A stretch of 50,038 bases of DNA, from assembly GCA_002687175.1 (NCBI GenBank), contig NYZP01000023.1, forward strand, positions 1 through 50,038, written 5' to 3'. Of the stretch, positions 21,335 through 31,021 are shown piece by piece (position 1 is the stretch's first letter; every line of letters starts with the position of its first letter). Source of the DNA: Parcubacteria group bacterium. GTDB lineage: Bacteria > Patescibacteriota > Patescibacteriia > Buchananbacterales > UBA6539. A model generated the notes under the pieces. That model was not told the DNA's origin and did no database searches. It saw only the letters and a list, made by a program, of their open reading frames with translations. Both the position numbers and the translations under genes were made by a program.

Positions 21335-22261
21335 ATGGAAATAAAAAATAAAGTGACAATTATTGGTGCCGGCATGGTGGGCAGTACTACTGCCTACAGT
21401 TTAATTGCCGCCAATATCACCGAGGAAATTGCCTTAATTGACCTTAATCAAAAACTGGTAAAAAGTCAGGTAATGGATTTACAACACTCCGTTCCATTGT
21501 GGGGTTACACCCGAGTTAAGGTTGGAAATTATACTGACATTAAGGACAGCAAAATTGTGGCGATTACTTGTGGTGTATCACAAAAATCCGGTGACACTAG
21601 ACTTGATCTGGTCAAAAAAAATTCCGCCATCATCAAAGAAATCGTCCCTAAAATTTTTAAACAAAATCCTAAGGTAATAGTGGTGGTGGTAACCAACCCA
21701 GTCGATGTTTTGACACACCAAATTGTTAAAATGTTTCCGAGCAAAAAAAATCAAATCATGGGCTCAGGTACTATTTTAGATTCCGCTCGTTTTCGTTTTT
21801 TGTTAAGCCAAAAATTAAAAGTTAACCCTCTCAATGTTCATGCATATATTGTTGGTGAACATGGTGATAGCGAACTACCTTTATGGAGTACGGCCGATGT
21901 TGGTGGTACACCATTAGATAAATTTAAAAAAATCTCTACAGCAGAAAAAAAGAAAATTTTTAATCAAACAAAAAATGCTGCTTATACTATTATTGAGGGC
22001 AAACAAGCAACGTACTATGCAATTGGAGCAGTCATTACTCAACTTGCCAAAGCCATTTTGTTTGATCGAAAAACAGTCCTACCAATTTCCCGTTTATTTC
22101 AAGGTGAGTATGGTATCTCTGATATTTGTTTAAGTTTACCGGCAGTGATTGGTCGTCAAGGAATTATTAATAAAATTAATCCAGAAATTTCTGCGACTGA
22201 AAAAAATCAGCTAAAGCGTTCAGCTCAAAAATTAAAAAAAGCTTTTCAATCAATAAAATAA
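21335..22261 (+). CDS. ldh: L-lactate dehydrogenase
   Basis: IIGAGMVGS; GVSQKSGDTRLDL with Gln at the LDH/MDH discriminating position; IVGEHGDS. Confidence 0.85.
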   Translation: MEIKNKVTIIGAGMVGSTTAYSLIAANITEEIALIDLNQKLVKSQVMDLQHSVPLWGYTRVKVGNYTDIKDSKIVAITCGVSQKSGDTRLDLVKKNSAIIKEIVPKIFKQNPKVIVVVVTNPVDVLTHQIVKMFPSKKNQIMGSGTILDSARFRFLLSQKLKVNPLNVHAYIVGEHGDSELPLWSTADVGGTPLDKFKKISTAEKKKIFNQTKNAAYTIIEGKQATYYAIGAVITQLAKAILFDRKTVLPISRLFQGEYGISDICLSLPAVIGRQGIINKINPEISATEKNQLKRSAQKLKKAFQSIK

Positions 22262-22298
22262 ATTTTAAAAAAAATTTCCTTAATGCTATAATGCTACT

Positions 22299-22469
22299 AT
22301 GCTTATCAGTGCAAAATATAAAACAAACTGGTACCGTGTTGGGCTAATAGTCTTCTTGGCTGGAGCTGGTCTTTATTTTATTGGACAATCATTGTCTAAA
22401 CCAGCAGTTCAGTGGCAAACATATAGTGATATTAGGGCAGCGGAACTTAAAGCCGCATTAGAAGAATAA
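22299..22469 (+). CDS. small membrane protein (56 aa), below the ORF-track cut-off
   Basis: MLISAKYKTNWYRVGLIVFLAGAGLYFIGQSLSKPAVQWQTYSDIRAAELKAALEE. A terminator follows. Confidence 0.4.
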   Translation: MLISAKYKTNWYRVGLIVFLAGAGLYFIGQSLSKPAVQWQTYSDIRAAELKAALEE

Positions 22470-22483
22470 AGGTAAATTAAAAA

Positions 22484-22517
22484 CTGTCAGCGAAAATACT
22501 TGCTGACGTTTTTTTTA
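22484..22517 (+). terminator. intrinsic terminator
   Basis: gtcagc...gctgac stem followed by tttttttt. Confidence 0.65.
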
Positions 22518-22574
22518 TTGACTTTATAGAATTAAACTGATACCATTTTATAATCCAAAATAGGAGGGAGAATA

Positions 22575-22988
22575 ATGAATTTTAATCCAGATTTTTGGGA
22601 GATCCCGGCCACAAGTCGTCTTGATGGATTCTCTACAAATCAAGGATTGTGGCAAGAGACTGAGGAAGAAAAAGCTTGGCGCTTTGCCTGGGGTGACTTC
22701 AGAAAAAAAGTTATTCCTGTAGTAAAGGTTATAATTGACTCTGACCTAACTGAAAGGCAAAGGCAAATTGTTATTCTTTACTTCTTTATGAAAAAGACAC
22801 AAGGAGAGATTGCTATTATTCTTGATATCTCTCAATCCACGGTTAGCCGCCACCTTTATGACACTAACCGAAATGGCAAAAAAGTTGGTGGGGCTAAAAG
22901 AAAGCTTAAAAAAATAGTTGCTGCTGGAAAACACCCAGCAATCGAGGAGGCACTAATGGAGCTTGATTCACTACGGAATGTGTCCTAA
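22575..22988 (+). CDS. sigma-70 region-4-type HTH protein
   Basis: 137 aa with LTERQRQIVILYF..KTQGEIAIILDISQSTVSRHL. An AGGAGGGAG Shine-Dalgarno lies upstream. Confidence 0.6.
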   Translation: MNFNPDFWEIPATSRLDGFSTNQGLWQETEEEKAWRFAWGDFRKKVIPVVKVIIDSDLTERQRQIVILYFFMKKTQGEIAIILDISQSTVSRHLYDTNRNGKKVGGAKRKLKKIVAAGKHPAIEEALMELDSLRNVS

Positions 22989-22995
22989 CTTACAT

Positions 22996-23027
22996 GAGTC
23001 TTGAAAGTAATTCAAGACTCTTTTTTT
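22996..23027. terminator. bidirectional terminator between convergent genes
   Basis: gagtcttgaa agtaa ttcaagactc followed by ttttttt. It overlaps the guaA stop. Confidence 0.65.
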
Positions 23028-24831
23028 ATTCCCACTCGATAGTCCCCGGCGGTTTATTGGTGACATCATAAAGTACTAAATCAACGCCAGGAATTTTTAA
23101 AATTTGAGACGTAATTTTATTTAGAATTGATCTGTTCATCTGATAAAAATTTACGGTCATTGCTTCTTGCGATTGAATCGGTCGTAAAATGATGGTCTCT
23201 CCCCCATTTAAACTGAGAGGCGCTAACACCACCGGAAACTGCCAGATATCTTTATATATTTTAAATTTTTTAGTTGCTTGATTGACAATATAGTCAATCT
23301 CTCTTAATAAATCCAAACGATCTTTAGTTAAGTGAGCTTTTTTAACTTTAAATTTTTTGAAATCAACTTTTCCTGGTCCGGCAACGTAAACTACTCTGTT
23401 AATTTCACTAAGCTGGTTGGTAATGTTAACGGATAAGTCATGAAGTTTAGGCCAACTGGCTTGGCCGTGAATAATCGCTGGATGACTATATGTCCGATTG
23501 TCTCCTTGAACTCCAACACTTTTAATTGGCAGAGCTTGAGCTTTTAATTTTGGTCCCACAATTTTTTGTAACTTCTTATTTATTGACTGAGGATTTTTTA
23601 CTTTCTCATTACCTTTAGAACATAAAGCTCTAATGGACAGTCCTGGCCCGGGAAATGGGTGGCGGTTAATTAACGAGTTGGGAAGTCCTAACTTCTTACC
23701 AATTGCCCGTACCTCATCTTTATAAAGAGTGGCCAACGGCTCGACTAGTGTTCCTAATTTCATTAATTTTAAAACTTCTTTAACTCGGTTGTGGTGGGTC
23801 TTAATGGTGTCGGCATGTTTGGTGCCACCGGTTTCAATAGTGTCAGGATAAATCGTTCCCTGAGCTAAAATCCAGTCTCGTTGATTCATCTTTTGCAGAG
23901 CCATTACTTCGTCTTTAACATTTAAAAATTTCGCCCCAATGGCCTGACGCTTGGCCTCCGGTTCAACCATATTTTTTGTTGCTTTTAAAAATCCTTCGCT
24001 AGCGTCAAAAACAAATAGGTCATCAAATCCAGCTTTGGCTAAAGATTTTTTAACTTGGTTAGATTCGTCAAGGCGCATAAAGCCATTATCGACATGCAGG
24101 CCAAACACCCTGGCTTTGCCCAAAATCTTTTCTAAAATGGCAAAACAAACCGTAGAATCAACCCCTCCGGAAACTAATAAAAACACTTTACGCTTACCAA
24201 CGGTTTTTTTAACTTCTTTAATAATACTCTGCCAATATTTGTCCAAAGACCAATCTTTCTTAGTCTGACAAATTTTAAATACAAAATTTTTCAAAATCTG
24301 CATCCCCTCTTCGGTGTGTGCCACTTCTGGATGAAACTGCAAGCCATAAATTTTCTGTTTTTCGTTAGCCATTGCCGCTACTGCACAATCTGTTGTTTTG
24401 CCGGTGGTTAAAAAATTTTTTGGGAGCTGTTTAATACTGTCCCCATGACTCATCCAAATCTTTCCTCGACTCTTAATCCCCAACAATAATTTAGTTGGTT
24501 TAGTTAACTGCAATGAGGCAAAACCATATTCCTTTGTTTTGCCTGGCTTAACCTGACCACCAAAATGATGAGCAATTAGTTGGTGACCGTAACACAGTCC
24601 TAAAATTGGCACCTTTAAATCAAAAATTTTAGAATCATACTTAATAGCGGTTTTATCATGAACACTTTTTGGTCCACCAGATAGAATAATTCCTTTGGCT
24701 CCTTTTAAATCTTTGGCGCGTACATTAGTTGGGTAAATATTAGCTAAAACACCCAGCTGCCTAATGCGCCGGGTAATAAGATGGGTGTATTGTGAGCCAA
24801 AATCGATTATCGCGATCTGTGATTTATTCAT
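23026..24831 (-). CDS. guaA: GMP synthase (glutamine-hydrolysing), long form (601 aa)
   Basis: GATase GLCYGHQL/HPE, the ATP-PPase loop SGGVDS, and a C-terminal PPGTIEWE. Confidence 0.95.
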   Translation of the reverse strand: MNKSQIAIIDFGSQYTHLITRRIRQLGVLANIYPTNVRAKDLKGAKGIILSGGPKSVHDKTAIKYDSKIFDLKVPILGLCYGHQLIAHHFGGQVKPGKTKEYGFASLQLTKPTKLLLGIKSRGKIWMSHGDSIKQLPKNFLTTGKTTDCAVAAMANEKQKIYGLQFHPEVAHTEEGMQILKNFVFKICQTKKDWSLDKYWQSIIKEVKKTVGKRKVFLLVSGGVDSTVCFAILEKILGKARVFGLHVDNGFMRLDESNQVKKSLAKAGFDDLFVFDASEGFLKATKNMVEPEAKRQAIGAKFLNVKDEVMALQKMNQRDWILAQGTIYPDTIETGGTKHADTIKTHHNRVKEVLKLMKLGTLVEPLATLYKDEVRAIGKKLGLPNSLINRHPFPGPGLSIRALCSKGNEKVKNPQSINKKLQKIVGPKLKAQALPIKSVGVQGDNRTYSHPAIIHGQASWPKLHDLSVNITNQLSEINRVVYVAGPGKVDFKKFKVKKAHLTKDRLDLLREIDYIVNQATKKFKIYKDIWQFPVVLAPLSLNGGETIILRPIQSQEAMTVNFYQMNRSILNKITSQILKIPGVDLVLYDVTNKPPGTIEWE

Positions 24832-24886
24832 ACGTTGATTATATCGTAGTTTTGGGCTATTATAAAGCCATTAATAAAAATACTTT

Positions 24887-25966
24887 ATGAAACAAGGTCT
24901 AACATTTGATGATGTCTTGCTGGTTCCCCAAAAATCCAGTGCTTCCCCTAGCAAGGCTGACACTTCAGTTAAGTTAAAAACTCTTAGCTTAGATATTCCT
25001 TTATTATCAGCAGCTATGGATACGGTTACTGAAAGTCCAATGGCCATTGCTTTAGCTAAAGCCGGAGGCTTAGGGATCATCCATAAAAATATGGCTGAGG
25101 CCAAACAAGCCGCGGAGATTAAAAAAGTTAAGGCTAAGGGATTAATTTGTGGCGCTTCGGTGGCTATAGGAGACGCCGCTATTACCCGCGCCCAAATTTT
25201 ATCCAAGGCTGGCGTGGACGCCATTGTCATTGATGTCGCCCACGGCCACTACTATAAAGTAGCCGACACTATTAAAAAACTGAAAAAACTGTTACCCAAA
25301 AAAGTGGTAATTATTGGTGGAAATGTCGCTACCGGACAAGCTACTGCCGACTTGATTAAAGCCGGGGCTGACGTAATTAAAGTTGGGGTTGGCCCGGGTT
25401 CAATCTGTACCACCCGAGTTATTGCTGGAATTGGTGTACCTCAATTAACCGCTGTCATGGACGCCGTAAAAGCCGCTAAAAAAACTAAAACACCGGTGAT
25501 TGCCGACGGTGGTATTAAATATTCTGGAGATATGGTCAAAGCCTTAGCTGCCGGAGCTGATGCGGTGATGGTTGGCGGCATGCTGGCGGGAACTGATGAG
25601 TCCCCTGGTAAAGTAGTTACCCAAAATGGTAAAAAAGTAAAAATGTATCGTGGCATGGGTTCATTCGAAGCCATGGGTAAAGGATCAAAGGATAGATATT
25701 TACAAGGTGACAAAAAACAAAAAGAAGTAGTAGCCGAAGGCGTGGTTGGCTATGTTGATTACAAAGGAAGCGTTGAAAATATTATTGGCCAACTTGTTGG
25801 CGGACTAAAACAAGGCCTGGGTTATTGTGGAGCAAAAAATATTTCTGAATTACATAAGAACGCCGAGTTTATACAAATTTCTGCCGCTGGTTTAAAAGAA
25901 AGTCATCCTCACAGTTTGAAAAAAATTCAAGACACTGCCAATTATTCGGCTAGTGATTTTGTGTAA
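24887..25966 (+). CDS. guaB: IMP dehydrogenase lacking the CBS subdomain
   Basis: [23 protein letters not shown] and GGIKYSGD. It is only 359 aa, with no CBS pair. Confidence 0.85.
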   Translation: MKQGLTFDDVLLVPQKSSASPSKADTSVKLKTLSLDIPLLSAAMDTVTESPMAIALAKAGGLGIIHKNMAEAKQAAEIKKVKAKGLICGASVAIGDAAITRAQILSKAGVDAIVIDVAHGHYYKVADTIKKLKKLLPKKVVIIGGNVATGQATADLIKAGADVIKVGVGPGSICTTRVIAGIGVPQLTAVMDAVKAAKKTKTPVIADGGIKYSGDMVKALAAGADAVMVGGMLAGTDESPGKVVTQNGKKVKMYRGMGSFEAMGKGSKDRYLQGDKKQKEVVAEGVVGYVDYKGSVENIIGQLVGGLKQGLGYCGAKNISELHKNAEFIQISAAGLKESHPHSLKKIQDTANYSASDFV

Positions 25967-25978
25967 GTTCAATTCCCT

Positions 25979-27457
25979 TTAGCCACCCCATGTCGCACCT
26001 TTTGGTGTGGCACCAGCTAACAACACCGTATCGAACGGTGTTTTTAGTTTATATAAGAGGTTTTTCCCCTTGAGTTGAAAGTTCTGAAATACAAATTCTA
26101 GTAGTTGTCTTTTTTCATACACTTCAGAACTCTCAAAAATTTCAGCTGCTCTTTGAGCCAAGCTTAAAACTTGGTTAGCAGTTATGTAGTAAGAAGTATT
26201 TGCTTGTTCATATTGTTTCATTTCTCCCAAAAGTTTATTCTGTTCCCCTCTAAATTCTTCTAATTTTTTATCATATTCATCTGCAGTTAATCTGCCATCT
26301 AATCTATCTTCATACATCATAGATAATTTTCTATCTGTATTATCATAATTAGTCCGTAGTCTCTTTAACTGCTCTTCGTGAAAGTTATTTTTTGATTTCT
26401 CGTAGTTACTTAAGTCTTCTGTTATATCATCAATCATTTCTTGAGATAAGCTAATATTCCTTAATACTTCCATTACAGGCTTTAAAAGCTCATTCTGATT
26501 CAAATAAACCTTCTTACAGGTACCCTTATGGTTTGTGCAGTGGTAATAGACATATTTATTCTTTTTAAACTCAGGCGTAATAGCACATCCGCAATTAGAA
26601 CATTTGATAAGTCCTTGAAATATGTAAGGTTTGTCTGAATGATTTTTTGTTTTACCATCATAACCTCTAAAAACTTCTTTACATTTATCAAATAAATCTT
26701 GAATTATAATAGGCTGATACTTATGAGGATATAATTTTCCTTTATGTATTTGCCAACCGTAATAAAAAGTATTTTTTAATATTAACTCAACCTGCCTTCT
26801 CCCTATTGTTGCTCCCCTAACAGTATTTAGACCCTTGTCTCTCATAATTTTTGCAACTGCTTCCATGGAGTGGTTTCCAGTTGAATAAAGCTCAAATACT
26901 TCTTGAATATGATATGACCTGTCAGGATCAGGTATAACAGTCTTATTGCCGTTATCATCTACTGAATTTAGATAACCAATAGGGGCAACCCCAATTATTT
27001 CTCCTTGTTTAATTTTTTGGTCAAATGTTCTTTTAACATTATCACTAATTTGAAGTACATAACTTTTAGCAACAAAAACAGCGAGGTCCCATCGCTGTAT
27101 CTCAGAACTATTTGAATCTTTACTTATAACTAAATTTTCTCTTATGAAATGAATTTCTAGTTTTCCATCTTTTCTCAAATCATCAAGTTCTACTGATTCC
27201 TTAAAACTTCTTTGTAATCTATCCACGGTTTCAACTATTAAAGCAAGTGGTTCTTTGGACTTCTTAATTTGGTTAATTACTACTTCAAATTTAGTTCTTC
27301 TATCTTTTGTAGATGATTCATCAAACTGATATTCATTTAAGATGTTAAAATCTTTTTTAAAAGCATACTCTCTCGCACGGGCTAATTGTGCTGGAATAGA
27401 TTGTCCATCAATGAGCTGTAATTCGGTTGAAACTCGAGCTAAAATTATTGCTTTCAT
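25979..27457 (-). CDS. large serine recombinase / integrase
   Basis: 492 aa. It has a resolvase N-domain with the catalytic Ser in ILARVSTELQ, a recombinase domain, the zinc ribbon CSNCGC...YYHCTNHKGTC, and a coiled-coil C-terminal part. Confidence 0.9.
   Translation of the reverse strand: MKAIILARVSTELQLIDGQSIPAQLARAREYAFKKDFNILNEYQFDESSTKDRRTKFEVVINQIKKSKEPLALIVETVDRLQRSFKESVELDDLRKDGKLEIHFIRENLVISKDSNSSEIQRWDLAVFVAKSYVLQISDNVKRTFDQKIKQGEIIGVAPIGYLNSVDDNGNKTVIPDPDRSYHIQEVFELYSTGNHSMEAVAKIMRDKGLNTVRGATIGRRQVELILKNTFYYGWQIHKGKLYPHKYQPIIIQDLFDKCKEVFRGYDGKTKNHSDKPYIFQGLIKCSNCGCAITPEFKKNKYVYYHCTNHKGTCKKVYLNQNELLKPVMEVLRNISLSQEMIDDITEDLSNYEKSKNNFHEEQLKRLRTNYDNTDRKLSMMYEDRLDGRLTADEYDKKLEEFRGEQNKLLGEMKQYEQANTSYYITANQVLSLAQRAAEIFESSEVYEKRQLLEFVFQNFQLKGKNLLYKLKTPFDTVLLAGATPKGATWGG
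26022..26045 (+). terminator. intrinsic terminator for guaB (inside the recombinase ORF tail)
   Basis: aacaccg tatcgaa cggtgtt followed by ttt. Confidence 0.55.
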
Positions 27458-27458
27458 A

Positions 27459-27863
27459 TTATTTATATGGATTTATTATTATTTTTTCTAATTCATCAAA
27501 TAAGAATTTTGAACCATAGACTTCTTCACCTTTTATAGATACCATATAAGATACTTTCGAATTATTAGTATAAATATCTAAAATTTCTTTAGTTTGATAT
27601 TTGTAATCAAAGTCAAACCAATTTAATAAAATTAAACAAGTATTTAGATCAGTATTAAAAACAAACAATGGCTCGACATAATTTACTGATGGATTTTCTG
27701 CTTTCTGTTTTTCAAAATAATTTTGACCATCTTTAGCACATTTACTTTTTTGTTCTAATGTTGGTTTAGTTGTTATCTTATTTTCGGTTTGATTATTATT
27801 AAATTGATGGCTGCAACCAGTTAGTATTATTGATAATGCAATTAGTAAAAGTATCTTCTTCAT
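27459..27863 (-). CDS. lipoprotein, hypothetical
   Basis: MKKILLLIALSIILTGCSH contains a lipobox. Confidence 0.6.
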   Translation of the reverse strand: MKKILLLIALSIILTGCSHQFNNNQTENKITTKPTLEQKSKCAKDGQNYFEKQKAENPSVNYVEPLFVFNTDLNTCLILLNWFDFDYKYQTKEILDIYTNNSKVSYMVSIKGEEVYGSKFLFDELEKIIINPYK

Positions 27864-27864
27864 A

Positions 27865-28065
27865 TTATTTTTCTTTTAACCGTTTTATTTCTTCTTCTAA
27901 AGTTAATATTGTGAATATATTATATATACCTACACAAGCTAACACGCCAATTATAAATGCTACTGTAGAATGATTGTTCCACCAATAACTAAACTCCCAA
28001 ATCACTATAACTAGTAAAACCATGACTACTATACTTGGTGCTCTTTCTTTTAATTCGTTTATCAT
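27865..28065 (-). CDS. small membrane protein
   Basis: 66 aa with two hydrophobic helices. The stop-start junction is AAATAATATG. Confidence 0.5.
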   Translation of the reverse strand: MINELKERAPSIVVMVLLVIVIWEFSYWWNNHSTVAFIIGVLACVGIYNIFTILTLEEEIKRLKEK

Positions 28066-28074
28066 AAGATTTTT

Positions 28075-28230
28075 TTATTCATTTTCTTTAAGTTGCAAAT
28101 GATAATAAAGATAAGCAGTAAGTGCTAAAACATAACCAAATGCAGCTTGAACACCTAAAAATTTATAAAAGCCCATTCCCAACAAATAAAGGATTATTGC
28201 TCCGAATAAAGCTTGGTTTTCTTTTTTCAT
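28075..28230 (-). CDS. small membrane protein (51 aa), not in the ORF track
   Basis: Hand translation MKKENQALFGAIILYLLGMGFYKFLGVQAAFGYVLALTAYLYYHLQLKENE. It fills a gap in the co-oriented array. Confidence 0.4.
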   Translation of the reverse strand: MKKENQALFGAIILYLLGMGFYKFLGVQAAFGYVLALTAYLYYHLQLKENE

Positions 28231-28239
28231 ATTATTTTA

Positions 28240-28377
28240 TTAATTCTTCTTTTTATTTTCTTCTTCTGTCTCTTTTAATCTTTTTTGACTCTTTTTTACA
28301 GTCCTATATCCAAAATAAAATGTTAAAGTTAATATCCCAGTTACAATTATTTTAAATAATGATGGTAAATCTTCCAT
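28240..28377 (-). CDS. small membrane protein (45 aa), not in the ORF track
   Basis: MEDLPSLFKIIVTGILTLTFYFGYRTVKKSQKRLKETEEENKKKN. Confidence 0.4.
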   Translation of the reverse strand: MEDLPSLFKIIVTGILTLTFYFGYRTVKKSQKRLKETEEENKKKN

Positions 28378-28378
28378 A

Positions 28379-28744
28379 TTATTTTACTTCTGTTTTTAAT
28401 TGTTTATTAAAAGAAAAGAGCAAGAAAACTATGTAGAAGTAAAAAAGAAATTCAACTATTTTAGTAATGTTTATAAGTATATTTATTAAACTGTTTTCTG
28501 ATTGGTAAAATTGTTGGACTCCAACGCTGAGAATAATAATTATTAGAAATATAGATACATCTCTTTTCGCAACTTTCCACAGAACTGAAACTGATAAAAA
28601 ATAAAATATAAGTCTTATAATTCCAGATATAGCTATCAACCATATTGGAGCCAGTAAATTACCCTCTAGGTCTTGCCCAGACAATGCTACTGTTAGTATG
28701 TAAGATACGATTCCTAATATTGCTATTTTTTTATATTTACTCAT
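28379..28744 (-). CDS. membrane protein, hypothetical
   Basis: 121 aa with 4 predicted TM helices. Confidence 0.55.
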   Translation of the reverse strand: MSKYKKIAILGIVSYILTVALSGQDLEGNLLAPIWLIAISGIIRLIFYFLSVSVLWKVAKRDVSIFLIIIILSVGVQQFYQSENSLINILINITKIVEFLFYFYIVFLLFSFNKQLKTEVK

Positions 28745-28761
28745 ATTTATTTTTTTATATA

Positions 28762-29025
28762 TTATAGAGAATCAAAGTCTAAACTATCAAAATCTACATC
28801 ATCGAAACCTTCTAAGTCAAATTCAAATTCTCTCCCAGACTCAGGTAATTCAAGATAACAAGAAATATCATAACATCTCAAATTTTCATTCTCTTCTAAT
28901 TGCTTAAATATTTTATTTTGACCAAAAACGTAGCCAAGATAATAGGAAAAAAATGCAACAACTATTACTATAGCAAAGAATTCCATTAATTTCTCTTTCT
29001 TGATTTCCTTAAAATTGAACTTCAT
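28762..29025 (-). CDS. hypothetical protein with TM helix and acidic DFD repeats
   Basis: 87-aa ORF in the array. Confidence 0.5.
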   Translation of the reverse strand: MKFNFKEIKKEKLMEFFAIVIVVAFFSYYLGYVFGQNKIFKQLEENENLRCYDISCYLELPESGREFEFDLEGFDDVDFDSLDFDSL

Positions 29026-29042
29026 ACTATTTTAACTAATTA

Positions 29043-29636
29043 TTATAACCAAACTCCATTTTTATCAGTCACCATAGGAATCCAATCTTCGTAAATGTAG
29101 TGCCCTTGTTCTTTTTTTGGTTCTATAAATGGGTATGAATTTTTTATCTGAGGAACAATATCAAGTATTACTTCTATTTGGTTGAAAGGAATCAACCTAC
29201 CATCCTCATCAGAGACTTTAAACTTTAAACCTTTGTGACTGCCTGGTTTTAAAATCTCGTATTCCTGGCTTTCTTTCAAATACTTAGATATAATGTCAGG
29301 CTCAACTCTTGCAAAGGACATCAAAATAGATGGTTCGGCATAAAACTTTTGACCTTTATAAATCTCTTCTCTCGCAATTTTATAATCTAAGAAATTCTTA
29401 TAGAGACCGCTAAAGTCTAATTCATCATAGCGAGCCCTGAAAGGTATTTTATCTTCCTTGGGATTTTTTACAAATAAGTAAAAATAATCATCTCTATTGT
29501 CCCATCCCAAATGACAATGATAGCTATCACCAAACCAATAGAAACATGGCCTATCATTTTCCTTAGAAGAAAAGAACTCTCTATACTCTCCTGAATTATG
29601 AAAAAATGTAATATAGCTCATATTGCTATAGATCAT
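29043..29636 (-). CDS. hypothetical protein
   Basis: 197-aa ORF. I recognise no motif. Confidence 0.55.
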   Translation of the reverse strand: MIYSNMSYITFFHNSGEYREFFSSKENDRPCFYWFGDSYHCHLGWDNRDDYFYLFVKNPKEDKIPFRARYDELDFSGLYKNFLDYKIAREEIYKGQKFYAEPSILMSFARVEPDIISKYLKESQEYEILKPGSHKGLKFKVSDEDGRLIPFNQIEVILDIVPQIKNSYPFIEPKKEQGHYIYEDWIPMVTDKNGVWL

Positions 29637-29790
29637 TTAGAAAAACTACTACCATCCATAAGAATATTCCTGCAAAAAGTCCATAAACAAAACCATCAAT
29701 TTTTGCGTGTCTAACCATCTCCATATAGTGACTATGATTCCTCTCAATTTCTTTTTTACGTTGTTCTCCTGTTAAACTGATATTTTTCAT
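29626..29790 (-). CDS. small membrane protein (54 aa), not in the ORF track
   Basis: MKNISLTGEQRKKEIERNHSHYMEMVRHAKIDGFVYGLFAGIFLWMVVVFLNDL. It overlaps the next start by 11 nt. Confidence 0.35.
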   Translation of the reverse strand: MKNISLTGEQRKKEIERNHSHYMEMVRHAKIDGFVYGLFAGIFLWMVVVFLNDL

Positions 29791-29826
29791 ATTATATCTT
29801 AATTATACTATAAATTAGCCATAAAA

Positions 29827-30186
29827 TTAACCTTCCTCCTTCAATATCTTCTCCCATTTCTCCATAAGTTTTGGGTTACTTAATCCAGCCATAATGGGTA
29901 TTGGTACTGGCATATCTTCAGAGTTAGCAGTTTTTTGAGGTGGTCGGCCCTCTAACATTTGCCAGGTAAGGCTAGGATACTCTTCAATCATTTTCTTAAC
30001 AAACTTTTCAAATAACCCTGGATCCTCTTCAAAAAGTTCTCTTATTCTGGTTTTTATAGACTTAGAATCTTTGGGTCGTCCACCAGGGTTCAAAGAATCA
30101 GAACCAGGTAATATTCTGCCTTTCTCGTCCCTGTTAATAGCTAGTTCCTGTGGATTTTCATTTGGTTCTTCTATTTTTTGATTCAT
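29827..30186 (-). CDS. phage-type small protein with NPGGRPK motif (DUF5681-like, from memory)
   Basis: 119 aa with LNPGGRPKDSKS. Confidence 0.5.
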   Translation of the reverse strand: MNQKIEEPNENPQELAINRDEKGRILPGSDSLNPGGRPKDSKSIKTRIRELFEEDPGLFEKFVKKMIEEYPSLTWQMLEGRPPQKTANSEDMPVPIPIMAGLSNPKLMEKWEKILKEEG

Positions 30187-30808
30187 ATCTTTTAGCGTTA
30201 ATTTTATCTATAGTCTCTTTTAACATAGCTCTACCTCCTATGTTTCTCTCTTCCTTAGTAGAATTATTTAATTTTTTCACTATTAAATTATTATTATTTT
30301 CATTCTTATTATCATTCTTATTATAGGGAGTTGTGATTGACTCATTGTTGTCAGCCATAGAAAAGTGTTTCATTAGTTTATCTTTGTCCTCTTTTAAGTT
30401 GTGATTAGAGGTGTCTAGGTTGTGACTTGGTTGCACTGCTTGTTGTACCATTGGTTGTACTAAAGATTCATCCTTAGTTGTGATTGTAAAATCTTCAATG
30501 GATTGGATATGCTTATTAGTTAGCTGAAAATTCAATGGCTTGATTGTGAACTTACCTCCCCTGCCCCTATGGTCTTTAAACCATACCCAGTTGTGACGAC
30601 GTAAGGAACTAATTATTTTCCTCATATTGTCATACTTAATCTTTTCTTTGAAATCTTCTACTAAAGATAAATAACTTGTCTCAAATCTTCCATTATGTGG
30701 ATTGGTATTCAAAAATATCCAAACTAAAACCTCAAATTCATTATGGGTTATTTTAGAATCTATAAAATCATATTTAATTCTTCTTGGTACTTGTACAAAG
30801 TCATCCAT
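30158..30808 (-). CDS. putative winged-helix replication/regulatory protein
   Basis: 216 aa. The N-terminal two thirds look wHTH-like (LSLVEDF...MRKIISSLRRHNWV). The tail is Asn-rich and low-complexity. Confidence 0.45.
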   Translation of the reverse strand: MDDFVQVPRRIKYDFIDSKITHNEFEVLVWIFLNTNPHNGRFETSYLSLVEDFKEKIKYDNMRKIISSLRRHNWVWFKDHRGRGGKFTIKPLNFQLTNKHIQSIEDFTITTKDESLVQPMVQQAVQPSHNLDTSNHNLKEDKDKLMKHFSMADNNESITTPYNKNDNKNENNNNLIVKKLNNSTKEERNIGGRAMLKETIDKINAKRYESKNRRTK

Positions 30809-31021
30809 ATAACAAAAAGCTGCTAGTAACCAACAACGGAAATCTAACAGCCTTTTGATGTTGTTGGTTAGTTTTAATTATTATTGTTCGATTTTTAATA
30901 CCTTTTCCTTATATGAACTGGGGTTATTATTTCTATCAACTTTTTCAAGAAGTTTAAAAAAACTAACTAAATTTTGATTAGCTTCAGAATCTTCTTGTTT
31001 AGATTTTTCTTTATTAGACAT

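Noticed and set aside
25967-25990. ttcaattccctttagccacccca as the 3' end of a tRNA (T-loop, T-stem, acceptor and CCA spacing fit).
   Set aside because: The 5 nt upstream (gtaag) cannot pair with ccctt, and the upstream sequence is the guaB coding end. At most this is an att-site remnant, not a tRNA gene.
30881-31021. A 46-aa minus-strand ORF (MSNKEKSKQEDSEANQNLVSFFKLLEKVDRNNNPSSYKEKVLKIEQ) upstream of the Rep-like gene.
   Set aside because: A hairpin plus U6 terminator ends exactly at its ATG, and there is no Shine-Dalgarno sequence. It is kept only as a remote leader-peptide possibility.
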